A stretch of DNA of 64,000 nt from Clostridia bacterium (GTDB lineage Bacteria; Bacillota; Clostridia; TANB77; CAG-508), in NCBI GenBank assembly GCA_900758165.1, contig CAAEQN010000114.1, positions 9,809-73,808 on the forward strand, given 5' to 3'. The notes beneath the pieces are model-generated. The model searched no databases. It saw only the letters and a program-made list of their open reading frames with translations, and was not told the DNA's origin. The stretch's first letter is position 1. Each line of letters begins with the position of its first letter. Shown here piece by piece: positions 1 through 11,300 of the stretch. The translations under genes were made by a program, and so were the position numbers.

Positions 1-1028
1 ATACAAATATAAAAAGATTAACAGATATAAAAGATGATAGCAATGTATATTTAATAACATATAAGAATGGACAAGCAGGACTTTTAAAAAATGGCCAGAC
101 AATAATACAAAATGAATATGAGGATATTGAATATGACAGCACATCACAAATGTTATCCCTTCAAAAAAATGCAAAACAAGGATTATACGATTTATCAGGA
201 AATATGGTTCTGCCAATACAATATGAAGAATTAACATTTGCTGGTAAATATATAAATGCGAAAAAAGATAATAAATTATTAGTATTCGATTTAGCAGGGG
301 TACTTCAAAATGATGACAGCTATAAAAATGTGATATCAGTAGATGATGGAAAATACAGTATAACAACAAATAGATCAAATTATTATGGAGTAATAGATTC
401 AAACAAAGCAGTAGTTATAGAAAATAAATATTCTTATATTGAATATGCTTTTGATAATTACTTTATAGTGTCTCAAAATGGCAAATCAGGAGTAATTAAT
501 ACAAATTCAAATGTAGCAATTCCAATAGAGAAAAATGCTGTACAAAATATAAAAGGAACAAACATTATACAAACACTAGATTCAAAAACAAATGTATCAG
601 AGATATATAACAAAAAAATGGAAAAAATATCAACACAAAAAGATGCACACATATATATAGAAGATAAATATATAGAAATAATATCTGCAGATAATATTGA
701 ATATTTTGATTTTGATGGAAATAAAAAAGAAGCAAATCAAATATTTGATAACGAAGTATTTGCAAAAGAGCAAAATGGAAAATGGGGATATGTTGATAAA
801 AATGGAAATACAGTTTTAGACTTTAAATATGATATGGCTACGAATATAAATAAATATGGTTTTGGAGCAATTAAACAAAATGGAAAATGGGGAGTAGTAG
901 ACAGCAAAGCAAAAATAATAAAAGAACCAGTTTATAAATTAACTAGCTATAAACCAAATTTTATAGGAGAATATTATGAGATTGGAAACAATTATCAAAT
1001 ATCATATTATTCAAATGAAATAAAATAA
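1..1028 (+). CDS. WG/KWG-repeat protein, 5' end outside window
   Basis: The frame of the 150..1028 ORF stays open back to base 3 (TNIKRLTDIKDD...), so the gene enters from upstream. It has repeated units with NGKSGVINT, NGKWGYVDKNGN and NGKWGVVDS motifs typical of WG-containing repeats. Confidence 0.7.
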   Translation, partial: TNIKRLTDIKDDSNVYLITYKNGQAGLLKNGQTIIQNEYEDIEYDSTSQMLSLQKNAKQGLYDLSGNMVLPIQYEELTFAGKYINAKKDNKLLVFDLAGVLQNDDSYKNVISVDDGKYSITTNRSNYYGVIDSNKAVVIENKYSYIEYAFDNYFIVSQNGKSGVINTNSNVAIPIEKNAVQNIKGTNIIQTLDSKTNVSEIYNKKMEKISTQKDAHIYIEDKYIEIISADNIEYFDFDGNKKEANQIFDNEVFAKEQNGKWGYVDKNGNTVLDFKYDMATNINKYGFGAIKQNGKWGVVDSKAKIIKEPVYKLTSYKPNFIGEYYEIGNNYQISYYSNEIK

Positions 1029-1049
1029 ATTATAGTAAGGAAGGTAGTA

Positions 1050-2294
1050 ATGCAAAATTCAGAAATAAAAAATAAAGCAATAGAATTAGTAAATGATGCA
1101 GAATCAAAACTAACAGAACAATTTAAAATAGCAGATGAAATATGCCAATACAATAGCATGAAAGTGTTAAATGCTTTTCAAGAAAATGCTGTATCTGCTA
1201 CAGATTTTTATGGAACTACAGGATATGGATATGATGATATAGGAAGAGAAAAAATAGAAAGAGTATTTTCAAATGTATTACATGCACAAGACTGTATAGT
1301 AAGAACACAATTCATATCTGGAACACATGCTTTAACTGTTGCACTATTTGCATTTTTAAGACCAGGAGATACAATGCTTAGCATTAATGGAAAACCATAC
1401 GATACATTAGATGAAGTAATTGGAATAGAAGAAAATGCAAGTTCATTAAAGTCTTTTGGAATCAAATATGAACAAATAGAATTAATAGACAATGACTTTG
1501 ATTATGAAAAAATACAAGAAAGATTAAAAGCATCAAAAGTTAAATTAATAGAAATTCAAAGGTCAAAGGGGTATGCTATAAGGAAAAGCATATCATTAGA
1601 TAAAATTGAAAAAGTAATAAAAAAGATAAGAGAAGTAGACAAAGATGTAATAATTATGATAGACAATTGTTATTGCGAATTTGTTTCTAAAAAAGAACCA
1701 TTAGAAGTAGGAGCAGATATAATAGTAGGATCTCTTATAAAAAATTTAGGGGCAGGAATAGCTCCTAATGGGGCATATATTGCAGGAAAAAAAGAATTAG
1801 TAAAACTTGCAGCAGAGAGATTAACAGTACCTGGAGAAGGTAAAGGAGTAGGCCCTACTTTAGAAATAAATAAACAATTCTTGTTAGGATTGTTTCTATC
1901 TCCTAAAGTAGTAAATGCAAGTGTAAGAACGGCAATATTAACAAGTAAAGTGTTAGAAACTTTAGGCTATGAGGTTGAACCTAAATATAATGAGCAAAGA
2001 GTAGATATTGTTCAAACAATAGTATTTAAAAATAGAGAAAAATTAATAAAATATTGCCAAGGAATACAACAAGGTTCACCTATTGATTCAAATGCATTGC
2101 CAGAACCTTGTCCTATACCAGGATATAAAGATGAAGTTATAATGGCTTCTGGAAGTTTTACACAAGGTTCTTCTATAGAACTTTCTTGCGATGGACCTTT
2201 AAGAGAACCATTTATAGGATTTCAACAAGGGGCATTAACTTACGAATATGGCAGATTAGGATTGATTAATGCAATTGCAAAAATGCTAGAATAA
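1050..2294 (+). CDS. PLP-dependent enzyme of the aluminium-resistance / YnbB (methionine gamma-lyase-like) family
   Basis: 414 aa with RBS AAGGAAGG upstream. The motifs FYGTTGYGYDDIGREKIE, ISGTHAL and SLIKNLGAGIAPNGAYIAG fit the Firmicute YnbB-type family as I recall it. Confidence 0.75.
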   Translation: MQNSEIKNKAIELVNDAESKLTEQFKIADEICQYNSMKVLNAFQENAVSATDFYGTTGYGYDDIGREKIERVFSNVLHAQDCIVRTQFISGTHALTVALFAFLRPGDTMLSINGKPYDTLDEVIGIEENASSLKSFGIKYEQIELIDNDFDYEKIQERLKASKVKLIEIQRSKGYAIRKSISLDKIEKVIKKIREVDKDVIIMIDNCYCEFVSKKEPLEVGADIIVGSLIKNLGAGIAPNGAYIAGKKELVKLAAERLTVPGEGKGVGPTLEINKQFLLGLFLSPKVVNASVRTAILTSKVLETLGYEVEPKYNEQRVDIVQTIVFKNREKLIKYCQGIQQGSPIDSNALPEPCPIPGYKDEVIMASGSFTQGSSIELSCDGPLREPFIGFQQGALTYEYGRLGLINAIAKMLE

Positions 2295-2314
2295 AAATGT
2301 AATAATAAAAAGGA

Positions 2315-3586
2315 ATGAAAAAAGTGAAAGTTGTAGTAATTGGTGGTGGACCAGCTGGAATGATGGCTGCTATAACATCAAGTAAAAATGGTAATGAAGT
2401 ATATTTATTAGAAAAAAATAAGAATTTAGGAAAGAAACTGCTAATAACAGGAAAAGGTAGATGCAATATTACAAGTAGTTTAGACATAAGAGATTTTATA
2501 TCTAATGTACCAGGAAATGGCAAATTTTTATATAGTGCATTTCAAAATTATACTAATTTAGATATAATAGAATTTCTAAAACAAAACAAAGTGGCAGTAA
2601 AAGAAGAAAGAGGAAACAGAATATTTCCTGCATCAGATAAATCTTTAGATGTATTAAAAGCTTTCGAGAAAGAATTAAATAAACAACATGTAAAAATAAA
2701 ATTTGGTGTAAAAGCTGTGGAAATAGAAACTTTAAACAAAAAAGTAAATACAGTTGTTTATGAAGACGAAAACGGTACAACTAAAAAAATAGTGGCCGAT
2801 AAAGTAATACTTGCAACAGGCGGAAAAACATATCCACAAACAGGTTCTACTGGAGATGGGTACAACATAGCAAAAAAATTAGGACATACAATTACAAAAA
2901 TAAAGCCATCATTAGTACCGCTAACCACAAAGAAAGAATCCTTAAATATATGTAAAAATTTACAAGGATTAAGCTTAAGAAATGTAAAAATAAAATTATT
3001 AGATGAAACAAAAAATAAAGTAATATATGAAGACTTTGGAGAAATGATGTTTACGCATTTTGGCGTGTCTGGGCCAACAATATTAAGCTCTTCTGCACAT
3101 CTATTAAGATATAATAATGTAGAAGAACTTTTAAATAATGGAAAAATAAAACTTATTATAGATTTAAAACCAGCATTAACAATAGAAAAGCTAGATTCAA
3201 GAATACAAAGAGATTTTGAAAAAGAAAAAAACAAGAATTTTAAAAATAGCCTAAACGAGCTATTACCACAAAAATTAATAAATACAATAATAGAATTGTC
3301 AGAAATAAATCCAAACAAACAAGTTAATGAAGTAACAAAAGAAGAAAGAATAAAATTAGTTAAATTATTAAAATGTTTTACAATAAATATATCTGGATTT
3401 AGACCAATAGAAGAAGGAATTATTACTTCAGGAGGAATAAGCATAAAAGAAATAAATCCAAAAACAATGGAATCTAAAATAATTAAAGGTCTATTCTTTG
3501 CTGGTGAAATAATAGATGTTGATGCATATACAGGAGGATTTAACTTACAAATAGCATATTCAACAGGTTATACAGCTGGAATGTAG
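2315..3586 (+). CDS. HI0933/BaiN-like NAD(P)/FAD-dependent oxidoreductase
   Basis: 423 aa. It has an N-terminal dinucleotide fold VVVIGGGPAGMMAA, the GKGRCNITS motif and a C-terminal FFAGEIIDVDAYTGGFNLQIAYSTG, all characteristic of the HI0933 flavoprotein family. Confidence 0.85.
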   Translation: MKKVKVVVIGGGPAGMMAAITSSKNGNEVYLLEKNKNLGKKLLITGKGRCNITSSLDIRDFISNVPGNGKFLYSAFQNYTNLDIIEFLKQNKVAVKEERGNRIFPASDKSLDVLKAFEKELNKQHVKIKFGVKAVEIETLNKKVNTVVYEDENGTTKKIVADKVILATGGKTYPQTGSTGDGYNIAKKLGHTITKIKPSLVPLTTKKESLNICKNLQGLSLRNVKIKLLDETKNKVIYEDFGEMMFTHFGVSGPTILSSSAHLLRYNNVEELLNNGKIKLIIDLKPALTIEKLDSRIQRDFEKEKNKNFKNSLNELLPQKLINTIIELSEINPNKQVNEVTKEERIKLVKLLKCFTINISGFRPIEEGIITSGGISIKEINPKTMESKIIKGLFFAGEIIDVDAYTGGFNLQIAYSTGYTAGM

Positions 3587-3681
3587 CTTTTATAGTTCAG
3601 AAAGAAGAAATTAGAGTACACTTAACAAGATAAACAAAAATATGTAATTAAAATTTAATTCTCTAAAGAGAGGAAAGTAAA

Positions 3682-4332
3682 ATGGAAAATATGGAATTTT
3701 ACACTATAGATAGTTCTGCAACAGCTGAAATAATAGAAAAGAAATCAAGATTTATTGCTAATGCATATAATGTTGAAAGTAAAGAAGAAGCAGAAGAAAA
3801 AATTAAACAAATAAAGAAAAAATATTATGATGCAAAACACAATTGTTTTGCATTTAGTATTATAGAAGAAAATAATGTGATATTAAAAAGCAGTGATGAT
3901 GCAGAGCCGTCAGGCACAGCAGGAGATCCTATTTTAAATGTGATAAAAAAGAATAATTTAAAAAACATATTAATAGTGGTAACAAGATATTTTGGAGGGA
4001 TACTTCTAGGTACGGGAGGATTAACTAGAGCGTATTCAAATGCTGCAAGCAGTGTTATAGAAAAATGTAATATAATAAAGGAAGAAAAAGGATTAGAAGC
4101 TATAATAGAATTAGATTATTCGGAAAATGATAAATTTAAGTATTATTGTGAAAAAAATAATATTAGAATAACAAATATAGAATATAACGAAAATATAAAA
4201 TATAATATAGAATTAAATGATGAAGAATATAATAAATTAACATTAAAAAATAAAACGAACAATGTAAATTTACTATTCAATGTAAAGAAAATAGAAATAA
4301 TATGTCGAAAATACGTAGAAAAAGCCATATAA
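3682..4332 (+). CDS. yigZ: YigZ / IMPACT-family protein (UPF0029)
   Basis: 216 aa. The motifs KKSRFIANAY, HNCFAF, DDAEPSGTAGDPIL and VVTRYFGGILLGTGGLTRAY match the YigZ/IMPACT N-terminal domain. Confidence 0.85.
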   Translation: MENMEFYTIDSSATAEIIEKKSRFIANAYNVESKEEAEEKIKQIKKKYYDAKHNCFAFSIIEENNVILKSSDDAEPSGTAGDPILNVIKKNNLKNILIVVTRYFGGILLGTGGLTRAYSNAASSVIEKCNIIKEEKGLEAIIELDYSENDKFKYYCEKNNIRITNIEYNENIKYNIELNDEEYNKLTLKNKTNNVNLLFNVKKIEIICRKYVEKAI

Positions 4333-4368
4333 TGTATGGTAAAAACTGGCAAAAAAACCTTAAATCTA

Positions 4369-4397
4369 TTGCAAAAAAATCCAAATGCATATATAAT
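4369..4397 (+). promoter_or_regulatory. Sigma-A-type promoter candidate for spo0A (TTGCAA-17 nt-TATAAT)
   Basis: TTGCAA at 4369-4374 and TATAAT at 4392-4397 with a 17-nt spacer, about 50 nt upstream of the TTG start of spo0A. Confidence 0.5.
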
Positions 4398-4448
4398 ACA
4401 AATTGTAAAAAATTTACAGTATTATAAAGTATAGGGGGGAACGAAAGA

Positions 4449-5267
4449 TTGAAGGAAAAAATAACCGTTTTAATCTCAGATGATAATGTTGAATTTGCAA
4501 CAACATTAACAAACTATTTAGAAAAGGATGAAGACATTCAAATTGTTGGCAGAGCAAAAGATGGTGAGGAGGCATTAACAATAATAGCTGCATTAAAACC
4601 AGATATTGTACTTTTAGATGTTATAATGCCACACCTAGATGGATTAGGCGTACTAGAGAGACTAGGTAATATGAAGCTAGATTATGAACCAATATGCATA
4701 ATGCTTTCGGCAGTAGGACAAGATAAAATAACCCAAAAAGCAATCGCACTCGGAGCACAATACTATGTAGTAAAACCATTCGATATAAATGTATTAATAA
4801 AAAGAATAAAAGAAATAAAATATTATCAACCATCAGCAAACAGAAATAGCTTTATAGTAAAAGAAGCTAAAGCTCAATACATCGATATACCACAAAGCGA
4901 AAAGAAAAATGAAGATAGTTTAGAGGCACTAGTTACAAATGTAATTCATGAAGTAGGAGTACCTGCTCATATTAAAGGCTATCAATATTTGAGAGAAGCA
5001 ATAATGATGGTGGTAAATGATATAGACATAATAAATCAAATAACCAAACAATTATATCCAGATATTGCAGAAAAATATCATACAACGCCAAGTAGAGTAG
5101 AACGCGCTATTCGCCATGCAATAGAAGTTGCGTGGGGAAGAGGTCAACCAGATGTAGTAGAAAACATATTTGGCTACACAGTTTCAGCAGCCAAAGGCAA
5201 ACCAACAAATAGCGAATTTATAGCAATGATAGCTGACAAATTAAGATTAGAAATAAAAACAGCATAA
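4449..5267 (+). CDS. spo0A: Sporulation master response regulator Spo0A
   Basis: TTG start after a GGGGGGA RBS. It has a receiver domain ([21 protein letters not shown]) plus the Spo0A-specific C-terminal DNA-binding domain ([49 protein letters not shown]). Confidence 0.97.
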   Translation: MKEKITVLISDDNVEFATTLTNYLEKDEDIQIVGRAKDGEEALTIIAALKPDIVLLDVIMPHLDGLGVLERLGNMKLDYEPICIMLSAVGQDKITQKAIALGAQYYVVKPFDINVLIKRIKEIKYYQPSANRNSFIVKEAKAQYIDIPQSEKKNEDSLEALVTNVIHEVGVPAHIKGYQYLREAIMMVVNDIDIINQITKQLYPDIAEKYHTTPSRVERAIRHAIEVAWGRGQPDVVENIFGYTVSAAKGKPTNSEFIAMIADKLRLEIKTA

Positions 5268-5318
5268 AAAATGATTATAGAAAAATAATTGAAAACAAAA
5301 AATAAAAAATCATAATTG

Positions 5319-5367
5319 CCCCTCAATATGAATACAATTAAACAAATGTATTCGTATGGGGGTTTTT
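5319..5367 (+). terminator. Intrinsic terminator after spo0A whose 3' arm contains the spoIIID RBS
   Basis: Imperfect hairpin CCCCTCAATATGAATACA / TGTATTCGTATGGGGG (5319-5362) followed by TTTTTCTTT. The GGGGG run lies 9 nt before the spoIIID ATG. Confidence 0.55.
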
Positions 5368-5371
5368 CTTT

Positions 5372-5623
5372 ATGAAAGGAATATCAATAGAAGAACGTGC
5401 ATGTACATTAGCACGCTATATAATAGATTCAAAAGATACAGTTAGAGGAGCGGCTAAAAAATATGGAATTTCTAAATCTACAGTACATAAAGATGTATCG
5501 GAAAGGCTTTTAAAAATTAATCCAGCTCTTGCTTCAGAAGTAAGAATTATATTAGATGAAAATAAAGCGGAAAGACATATTAGAGGAGGTCAAGCAACTA
5601 AATTAAAATATAGCCATAAATAA
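5372..5623 (+). CDS. spoIIID: Sporulation transcriptional regulator SpoIIID
   Basis: 83 aa. The sequence ERACTLARYII..KDTVRGAAKKYGISKSTVHKDVSERL...INP.LA.EV..IL..NK.ERH.RGG.ATK.KY closely parallels B. subtilis SpoIIID. Confidence 0.95.
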   Translation: MKGISIEERACTLARYIIDSKDTVRGAAKKYGISKSTVHKDVSERLLKINPALASEVRIILDENKAERHIRGGQATKLKYSHK

Positions 5624-5637
5624 ATTAGCCTAATACA

Positions 5638-5680
5638 AAGCTTTTTAGTACAATAGATGTATTAAAAAGCTTTATTTTAG
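5638..5680 (+). terminator. Rho-independent terminator after spoIIID
   Basis: 11-bp stem AAAGCTTTTTA / TAAAAAGCTTT (5638-5648 and 5663-5673) followed by a T-rich tail. Confidence 0.6.
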
Positions 5681-5740
5681 TTTAAATATAAAAAAGAACT
5701 TTCTACAAAATGTGACATATAATGTAATAGGTGAAGTAAT

Positions 5741-6550
5741 ATGAAACTAAAAAAAGGTGATATTGTAGGAAGATTGTCTTATAACAAAGATATAATTTTT
5801 GTTATAAGTAATATAATAAAATTAAAAAATCAAGAAATAGCTATTTTAAAAGGGCTTATTACAAGAATAGAAGCAGATAGTCCAATTAATGATTTAGAGC
5901 TTATTGATGATAATGAAGTTATTGGCGTACTCAATAAATTTGAAAAAGAATTAGAAATAAGAAAAAACTATTTATCAAATAAAGCAATACAACAATCAAA
6001 AAGGAAAAACGAATATTATGGAAGGATATTACATTTAGATGGGGATAAAAAGTATAGTGAAAAATCTCAAAGATTTTATAAAAATTTAGGGCTAGATGTT
6101 GTTGTAAAAAACATTCCAGAAAGTAAACAACCTTTCATGATTAGCAGTTTATTAAGCAAATATAATCCAGACATTCTTGTTGTTACAGGACATGACGGAA
6201 TGATTAGAAATGGACATAATTATAATGATATATATAACTATAGAAACTCAAAATATTTTGTAGAGACTGTATTAAGAGCCAGAAGATGGGAGCAAGGAGC
6301 AAATAGAATGGCAATTTTTGCAGGTGCGTGTCAAAGTTATTATGAAGCAATAATGGAAGCGGGCGCAAATTTTGCTTCTTCACCAGCTAGAATATTGATA
6401 GATTTTAGAGATCCTTTAATAGTCGCAGAAAGAATAGCAAAAACAGATATGAACCGATATGTTACAATAAATGATATAAAAAATGACTTAAGAGATGGCG
6501 AAAATGGAGTAAGTGGAATTGGCTCAATGGGAAAGAAAAAAATTCTATAA
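5741..6550 (+). CDS. yabG: Sporulation-specific peptidase YabG (U57 family)
   Basis: 269 aa. The motifs GRILHLDGD, YNPDILVVTGHDGM, IFAGACQSYYEAIMEAGANFASSP and RILIDF..P are characteristic of YabG. Confidence 0.9.
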   Translation: MKLKKGDIVGRLSYNKDIIFVISNIIKLKNQEIAILKGLITRIEADSPINDLELIDDNEVIGVLNKFEKELEIRKNYLSNKAIQQSKRKNEYYGRILHLDGDKKYSEKSQRFYKNLGLDVVVKNIPESKQPFMISSLLSKYNPDILVVTGHDGMIRNGHNYNDIYNYRNSKYFVETVLRARRWEQGANRMAIFAGACQSYYEAIMEAGANFASSPARILIDFRDPLIVAERIAKTDMNRYVTINDIKNDLRDGENGVSGIGSMGKKKIL

Positions 6551-6624
6551 AATACAATAAAAAACAATGGACAATAATACTTGGTTATGATAAAATTAAC
6601 TAAAATAGGAGGAAATAAAAACTA

Positions 6625-6747
6625 ATGAATTTAAAAGATAAAGAATCAAAAGAATTGATAGAAACATACAATAAAATAGAAACTTTTATTAAATTTTTAG
6701 AAAAAGAAAAAAACGATGCTAAAAAGCTAGGAGAACCAAATGAATAA
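6625..6747 (+). CDS. Small hypothetical protein (40 aa), below the ORF-track size cutoff
   Basis: ATG at 6625 is preceded by AGGAGGAAA. It encodes MNLKDKESKELIETYNKIETFIKFLEKEKNDAKKLGEPNE, and its stop overlaps the next gene's start (6740). Confidence 0.4.
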   Translation: MNLKDKESKELIETYNKIETFIKFLEKEKNDAKKLGEPNE

Positions 6748-8317
6748 AATATTAGAAAAAATAGAAAGTGATAAAGAAATTTTATCTACTATGCCAAGAA
6801 ACAACAAGAAAAATATAATGAAATATGCACAAAATGTGGAAAACATGCAAGAAGAATACGAAAAAATACAACAAGAAATATTTAATGAAATGAATAACAG
6901 ATATAATGAAATTATATCTGTAAAAGAAAATAAAGAAATTGCTATAGAAAAAAATGAAATTGATGAATTAGAAAAATTATTAGATATAATAAATACAGTA
7001 AAAACATCTTATGAAAAGATGGGTATAGATAGAAAAATATATAAATTAGGAAAATTTTATAAAGAAAATTTGGAAATTATAAATAAAGAAATCTTATCAT
7101 GTATAAATAAATTTTCTGAAGTAGGATTAGCGTTGTCTGCCTCTGATTTTGATTATAGTATATATGTCAATGAATATATGCAAGAATTTTTTAAAGAAAT
7201 AGAAAAAGGAAATATAAATTCAGACTCTATAAAAAGCAAATTTGAAGAAATATACTGGAAATGTCCAGATTTAATTATCCACATAGAATTAAATTTAAGA
7301 TATATATATATTAAAAATCAAAAAGTAATTGATAAATACTATGAAACAAGAAAAGCAGAATTGTTAAAAAACATAAATACAAATGTTGAAGAAATAGAAA
7401 AAAAATATAAAAAGGCAAAAGAGAAACTAGAAAAAGATATAAATGTAGATAAATATTTATTAACACATGCCTTTTTGGATGGAAAACTTAATGCTAAAGA
7501 TTATTCAAATGACCAAATGAAGTTAGAATATCTAAAGGTAATTAAAGCAGAAGATATAAACAATGCTTCAGAGAAACAACAAGAAGAAATTAATAAAAAT
7601 TGTATAAAATTTTTAAACAGTTTATATGAATATAAACAATATTTAAAATTTAAATATATATTCGAAGATATACAAAAAAAATACCAAGAAATAGAGCAAC
7701 ATAAAAATGAATATAATACAATAAGAAAAGAAATAGAAGCAAAAGAGAAAAAACTAAAATCTTTAAATTCAAAAATAAATGGAAAAGGACTATTTGGAAT
7801 AAAATCTAAACCTGATAGAAAAGAAAAACAGACTACAGAATATAATTCTATAGTGCTAGAAATAAAAGAATTATATAAAAAAATGGATAACGCAAAAATA
7901 TACGCAAAAATTTCAGAGCATTTAACTGCAGAATCAACAATTTATGATGCATTAAAACTAGCTAGTCAATTTAATAATTATTTGGTTGATTGCATTATAG
8001 AAAACAATAAAACTATTACAGATGAAGAAATAGAAAAGTCAATATTGGAATTAAAAGAATTTTTAAGTAATCCTCATAATGTAATTATAAAAAATATTAC
8101 TATATTGGAGAATAAAAATATACCAATAATAATTTCTGATAGATACAAATTATTAAATTTTACTATAAATAAAGAAGATATTAATGAAGGAAATCTTGAC
8201 AATATAATTATGATATTAGAAAAAATACAAAATAATTATAATATACAAAAAAGCAAAATAAATTTAGATGAGATGGAATTTATTTGTGAATTTAAAAAAA
8301 TACTAGATAAAAAATAA
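6740..8317 (+). CDS. Hypothetical K/E/N-rich, probably coiled-coil cytoplasmic protein
   Basis: 525-aa ORF with no TM segment and no domain I recognise. Its stop is 3 nt before the start of the giant gene, suggesting co-transcription or translational coupling. Confidence 0.6.
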   Translation: MNKILEKIESDKEILSTMPRNNKKNIMKYAQNVENMQEEYEKIQQEIFNEMNNRYNEIISVKENKEIAIEKNEIDELEKLLDIINTVKTSYEKMGIDRKIYKLGKFYKENLEIINKEILSCINKFSEVGLALSASDFDYSIYVNEYMQEFFKEIEKGNINSDSIKSKFEEIYWKCPDLIIHIELNLRYIYIKNQKVIDKYYETRKAELLKNINTNVEEIEKKYKKAKEKLEKDINVDKYLLTHAFLDGKLNAKDYSNDQMKLEYLKVIKAEDINNASEKQQEEINKNCIKFLNSLYEYKQYLKFKYIFEDIQKKYQEIEQHKNEYNTIRKEIEAKEKKLKSLNSKINGKGLFGIKSKPDRKEKQTTEYNSIVLEIKELYKKMDNAKIYAKISEHLTAESTIYDALKLASQFNNYLVDCIIENNKTITDEEIEKSILELKEFLSNPHNVIIKNITILENKNIPIIISDRYKLLNFTINKEDINEGNLDNIIMILEKIQNNYNIQKSKINLDEMEFICEFKKILDKK

Positions 8318-8320
8318 TAT

Positions 8321-11300
8321 ATGGAGATAAACACATATAAAATGAAAAGAATAAGAAAAAGAAAGATAAATCTTATAAACAAAAGAAGTATATTTATTTT
8401 AATATGTCTAATAATGCTAGTAATTTTCGAAATAATTGCTTTTAGAAATTCAAAAGCAAATAAATTAGTAGAAATAACTGCTAGCATTAAAGACTATGAC
8501 TCAAAATTAGAAACAACACAACTAAATTTAACTGCTGCTAATTCAGGAGCGAGCGGTTATTATTTGATTTTGCCAGAATATATTAATAATAAAAAAGTAA
8601 GTGAATTTTTCATAGAATCAAAAAATATGCATACTATTAATGAAAATCAAGAAGAACAAAGTACAGAAGAAAATTTAATAGAAGATAATAATCAAGAAGA
8701 GTTAAATGCAACAGAAGACGAGCAACAAGCTATACAAGAACAGGAAGGTGAAGTTTCAAAATTACCAAAAGAAACAATATATTTAACAGATGAAGAAGTA
8801 GAAAATAAAACAATAAACTTATCAGTAAGATATAGCACTTGTGAAAATGAAGGACAATTATTGTATGAACAAATAATTCAAACTCAAGTAGATAACGATG
8901 GAGATGGAAATTATGATAATACAATAAAAGCGGAAGGATTTATGCCAAATAATTCTAAAATAGTAGCTTCATTAGTAAACACAGAAGAAATGCCACCATC
9001 AATAGAAGAAAAGATTACAGAAAAAATGACTCTAAAAATAGCTTATGATATAAAAATAATATCTGATGGCAAAGAATATGAACCTTATGAATTTGATAAA
9101 GACATTAAAATTTCAATATCTGGAATGCAAGAAATAAATTCAGATACACAAAGGTATAAGGTTTTACATATTGAAAATCAAAATACAATAGAGGAAATAA
9201 AAGCAGTTGATGTATCAAAGGATACAGTAACTTTTAATGTAAATGGATTTTCAACTTATGCTGTATTGCTAGAAGATAATGTCTCTAAAGCTTCTATACT
9301 TTCAGCTAAAATGCAATATGCATTAGAATGGGATGGCACAGTAGCTAGTAAGTTTAGATTTGGAAGCGGAACTAAAGAAGATCCTTATCTAATAGTAAAT
9401 GGAGATGAGTTTGCATATCTCTCAAAAAGTGTAAATAATGGAAATTCTTATGAAGGCAAATATTTTTATTTAATAAATGATATAGATTTAAATAACAACA
9501 CATGGACTCCAATTGGAAACCATAGTAATTCATTCAAAGGAGTTTTTGACGGATTAGGACATACAATAGGAAACGGGGAAATAAACCTTCCAAGTTCTTT
9601 ACCAACAACTGTAGAATCTTATGGAATGTTTGGTAGTATTGGTGGAGGTTCAAGTTATTCTTGTATAAAAAACTTGCAACTAGATAACATTACAATAAAG
9701 ATTAATGCTACTGGAGAGACTGCTAGCAATACAAATGCAAAAGGCTATAACATAGGAATTGTAACAGGAACGATGTTTAAAAATTCCCAGATAAAAAATG
9801 TTATAGTAAATAATGGCGAAATTTCTATAAAAAGCGCAATAATATTAACTTCAAATAGAATAACGTTAAATAATAACTCCTCACAGGCTTTCATAGGAGG
9901 AATTGCAGGATATGCAACAAATTCAGCAACAAGCGATTCAGACCCAGGAGAATCAAGTAGATATAAAATAGAAAATTGTTATTCTACTACAGATATAAGA
10001 ACAAATTTTTATCCAAAACAAAATAAAAAAGTAAATGCTGCTCAACATGGAGTTGGTGGAATTATTGGTGGAATAAGAAATCAACCTGTTTGGCCACAAA
10101 ATTGTTTATATAAAGGAACAATAACTTCAGAATATGCTTTTGTGGGTCCTGTTTTTGGACAAGTAAGAGGAGGAAGTTCGGTTAGTGATACCAATAAGTT
10201 CTCTACAGTATGGAATGGTTATGATGCTGGAAATGCAAGCATGGTTGCTAATAGCTATTTTTATGCTTATACTGCAAATAATAGTAGTTTCTCAACAAGT
10301 GTTAAGTCTGGTACTTCTAGTGAAACTAGATACTCTTTCTTTGCTTTAATGAAAGAGGTGCAAGGTGTTAATAAAGGGTTATACCTAGATAGTTTAGATA
10401 CAATGTTAAACAATTTTAATAATTATGTAAGCAATAGCAAAACAGAGCATTTTCTTACTTGGAATTTAACTGCAGGAACTGATTTATTTAGCTTCACTCC
10501 AGAGATAAAATTAACAGATAAGGAAGAAAAGCTAAAACATACAATTTTAGTTAACGGGCAAGAAAACTCTCAAGATTATAAATATAAATGGTATATAGAT
10601 GGTCAATTAGATACTAGCAGAACTCAAAATAATATTTCACCTAATTGGGAAAAAGCTTTTAAAGCAGAAGTAATAGTTAGCAATGAAAATGCAGCAGCTT
10701 TATATACAATAGCAAATATTCCTAAATACGAACTTGATGTAGAGTTCAATCAAAATACAGCACAAGGAACTTTAACTGCAAACATTGTAGGAACAGGAAC
10801 TAACGATCCTAATTTTAATTTAGAAGATTATACTTTTAGATGGGAAGCTGAAGATATAAGTAGTGATGAACCAATTGTAAGAGAGGGGAATACTACAGAT
10901 TTTATGACAATAGAATTTTCAAAAAATAATATATACACTTTTACAGCCACAAATAATAAATATCCTTATATGAGTGTAGAAGGATATTATGGAGGAAATA
11001 GAACTGTAATATTTGTAGACTATAATAATGGGTCTGATTCAAATGACGGATTTACTCCGCAAACAGCAGTAAAGACTTTCGCTACAGCTTATGGAAAATT
11101 TGAAAAAAATAGAAGTAGAGAAGAAAATATAATTGTCTTAATGGGAAATTATACAAATATAGAATATTTAAATAGTGAGTATAATAGTACTTATCAAAAA
11201 GATGTAACAATTACAGGAAAATATAAAGGAAAGGATTACAATGCTGTACTTGCTTTTCAAGCAGCAAATACTTACAGATATTTAAATGGAAATACAACAT

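Noticed and set aside
2758-3444. 228-aa minus-strand ORF (with smaller ones at 2266..2523, 2548..2739 and 2553..2780)
   Set aside because: It lies entirely antisense to the well-supported HI0933 flavoprotein gene. Its composition is low-complexity F/S/I/L-rich, as is typical of antisense frames in AT-rich DNA, and it has no RBS.
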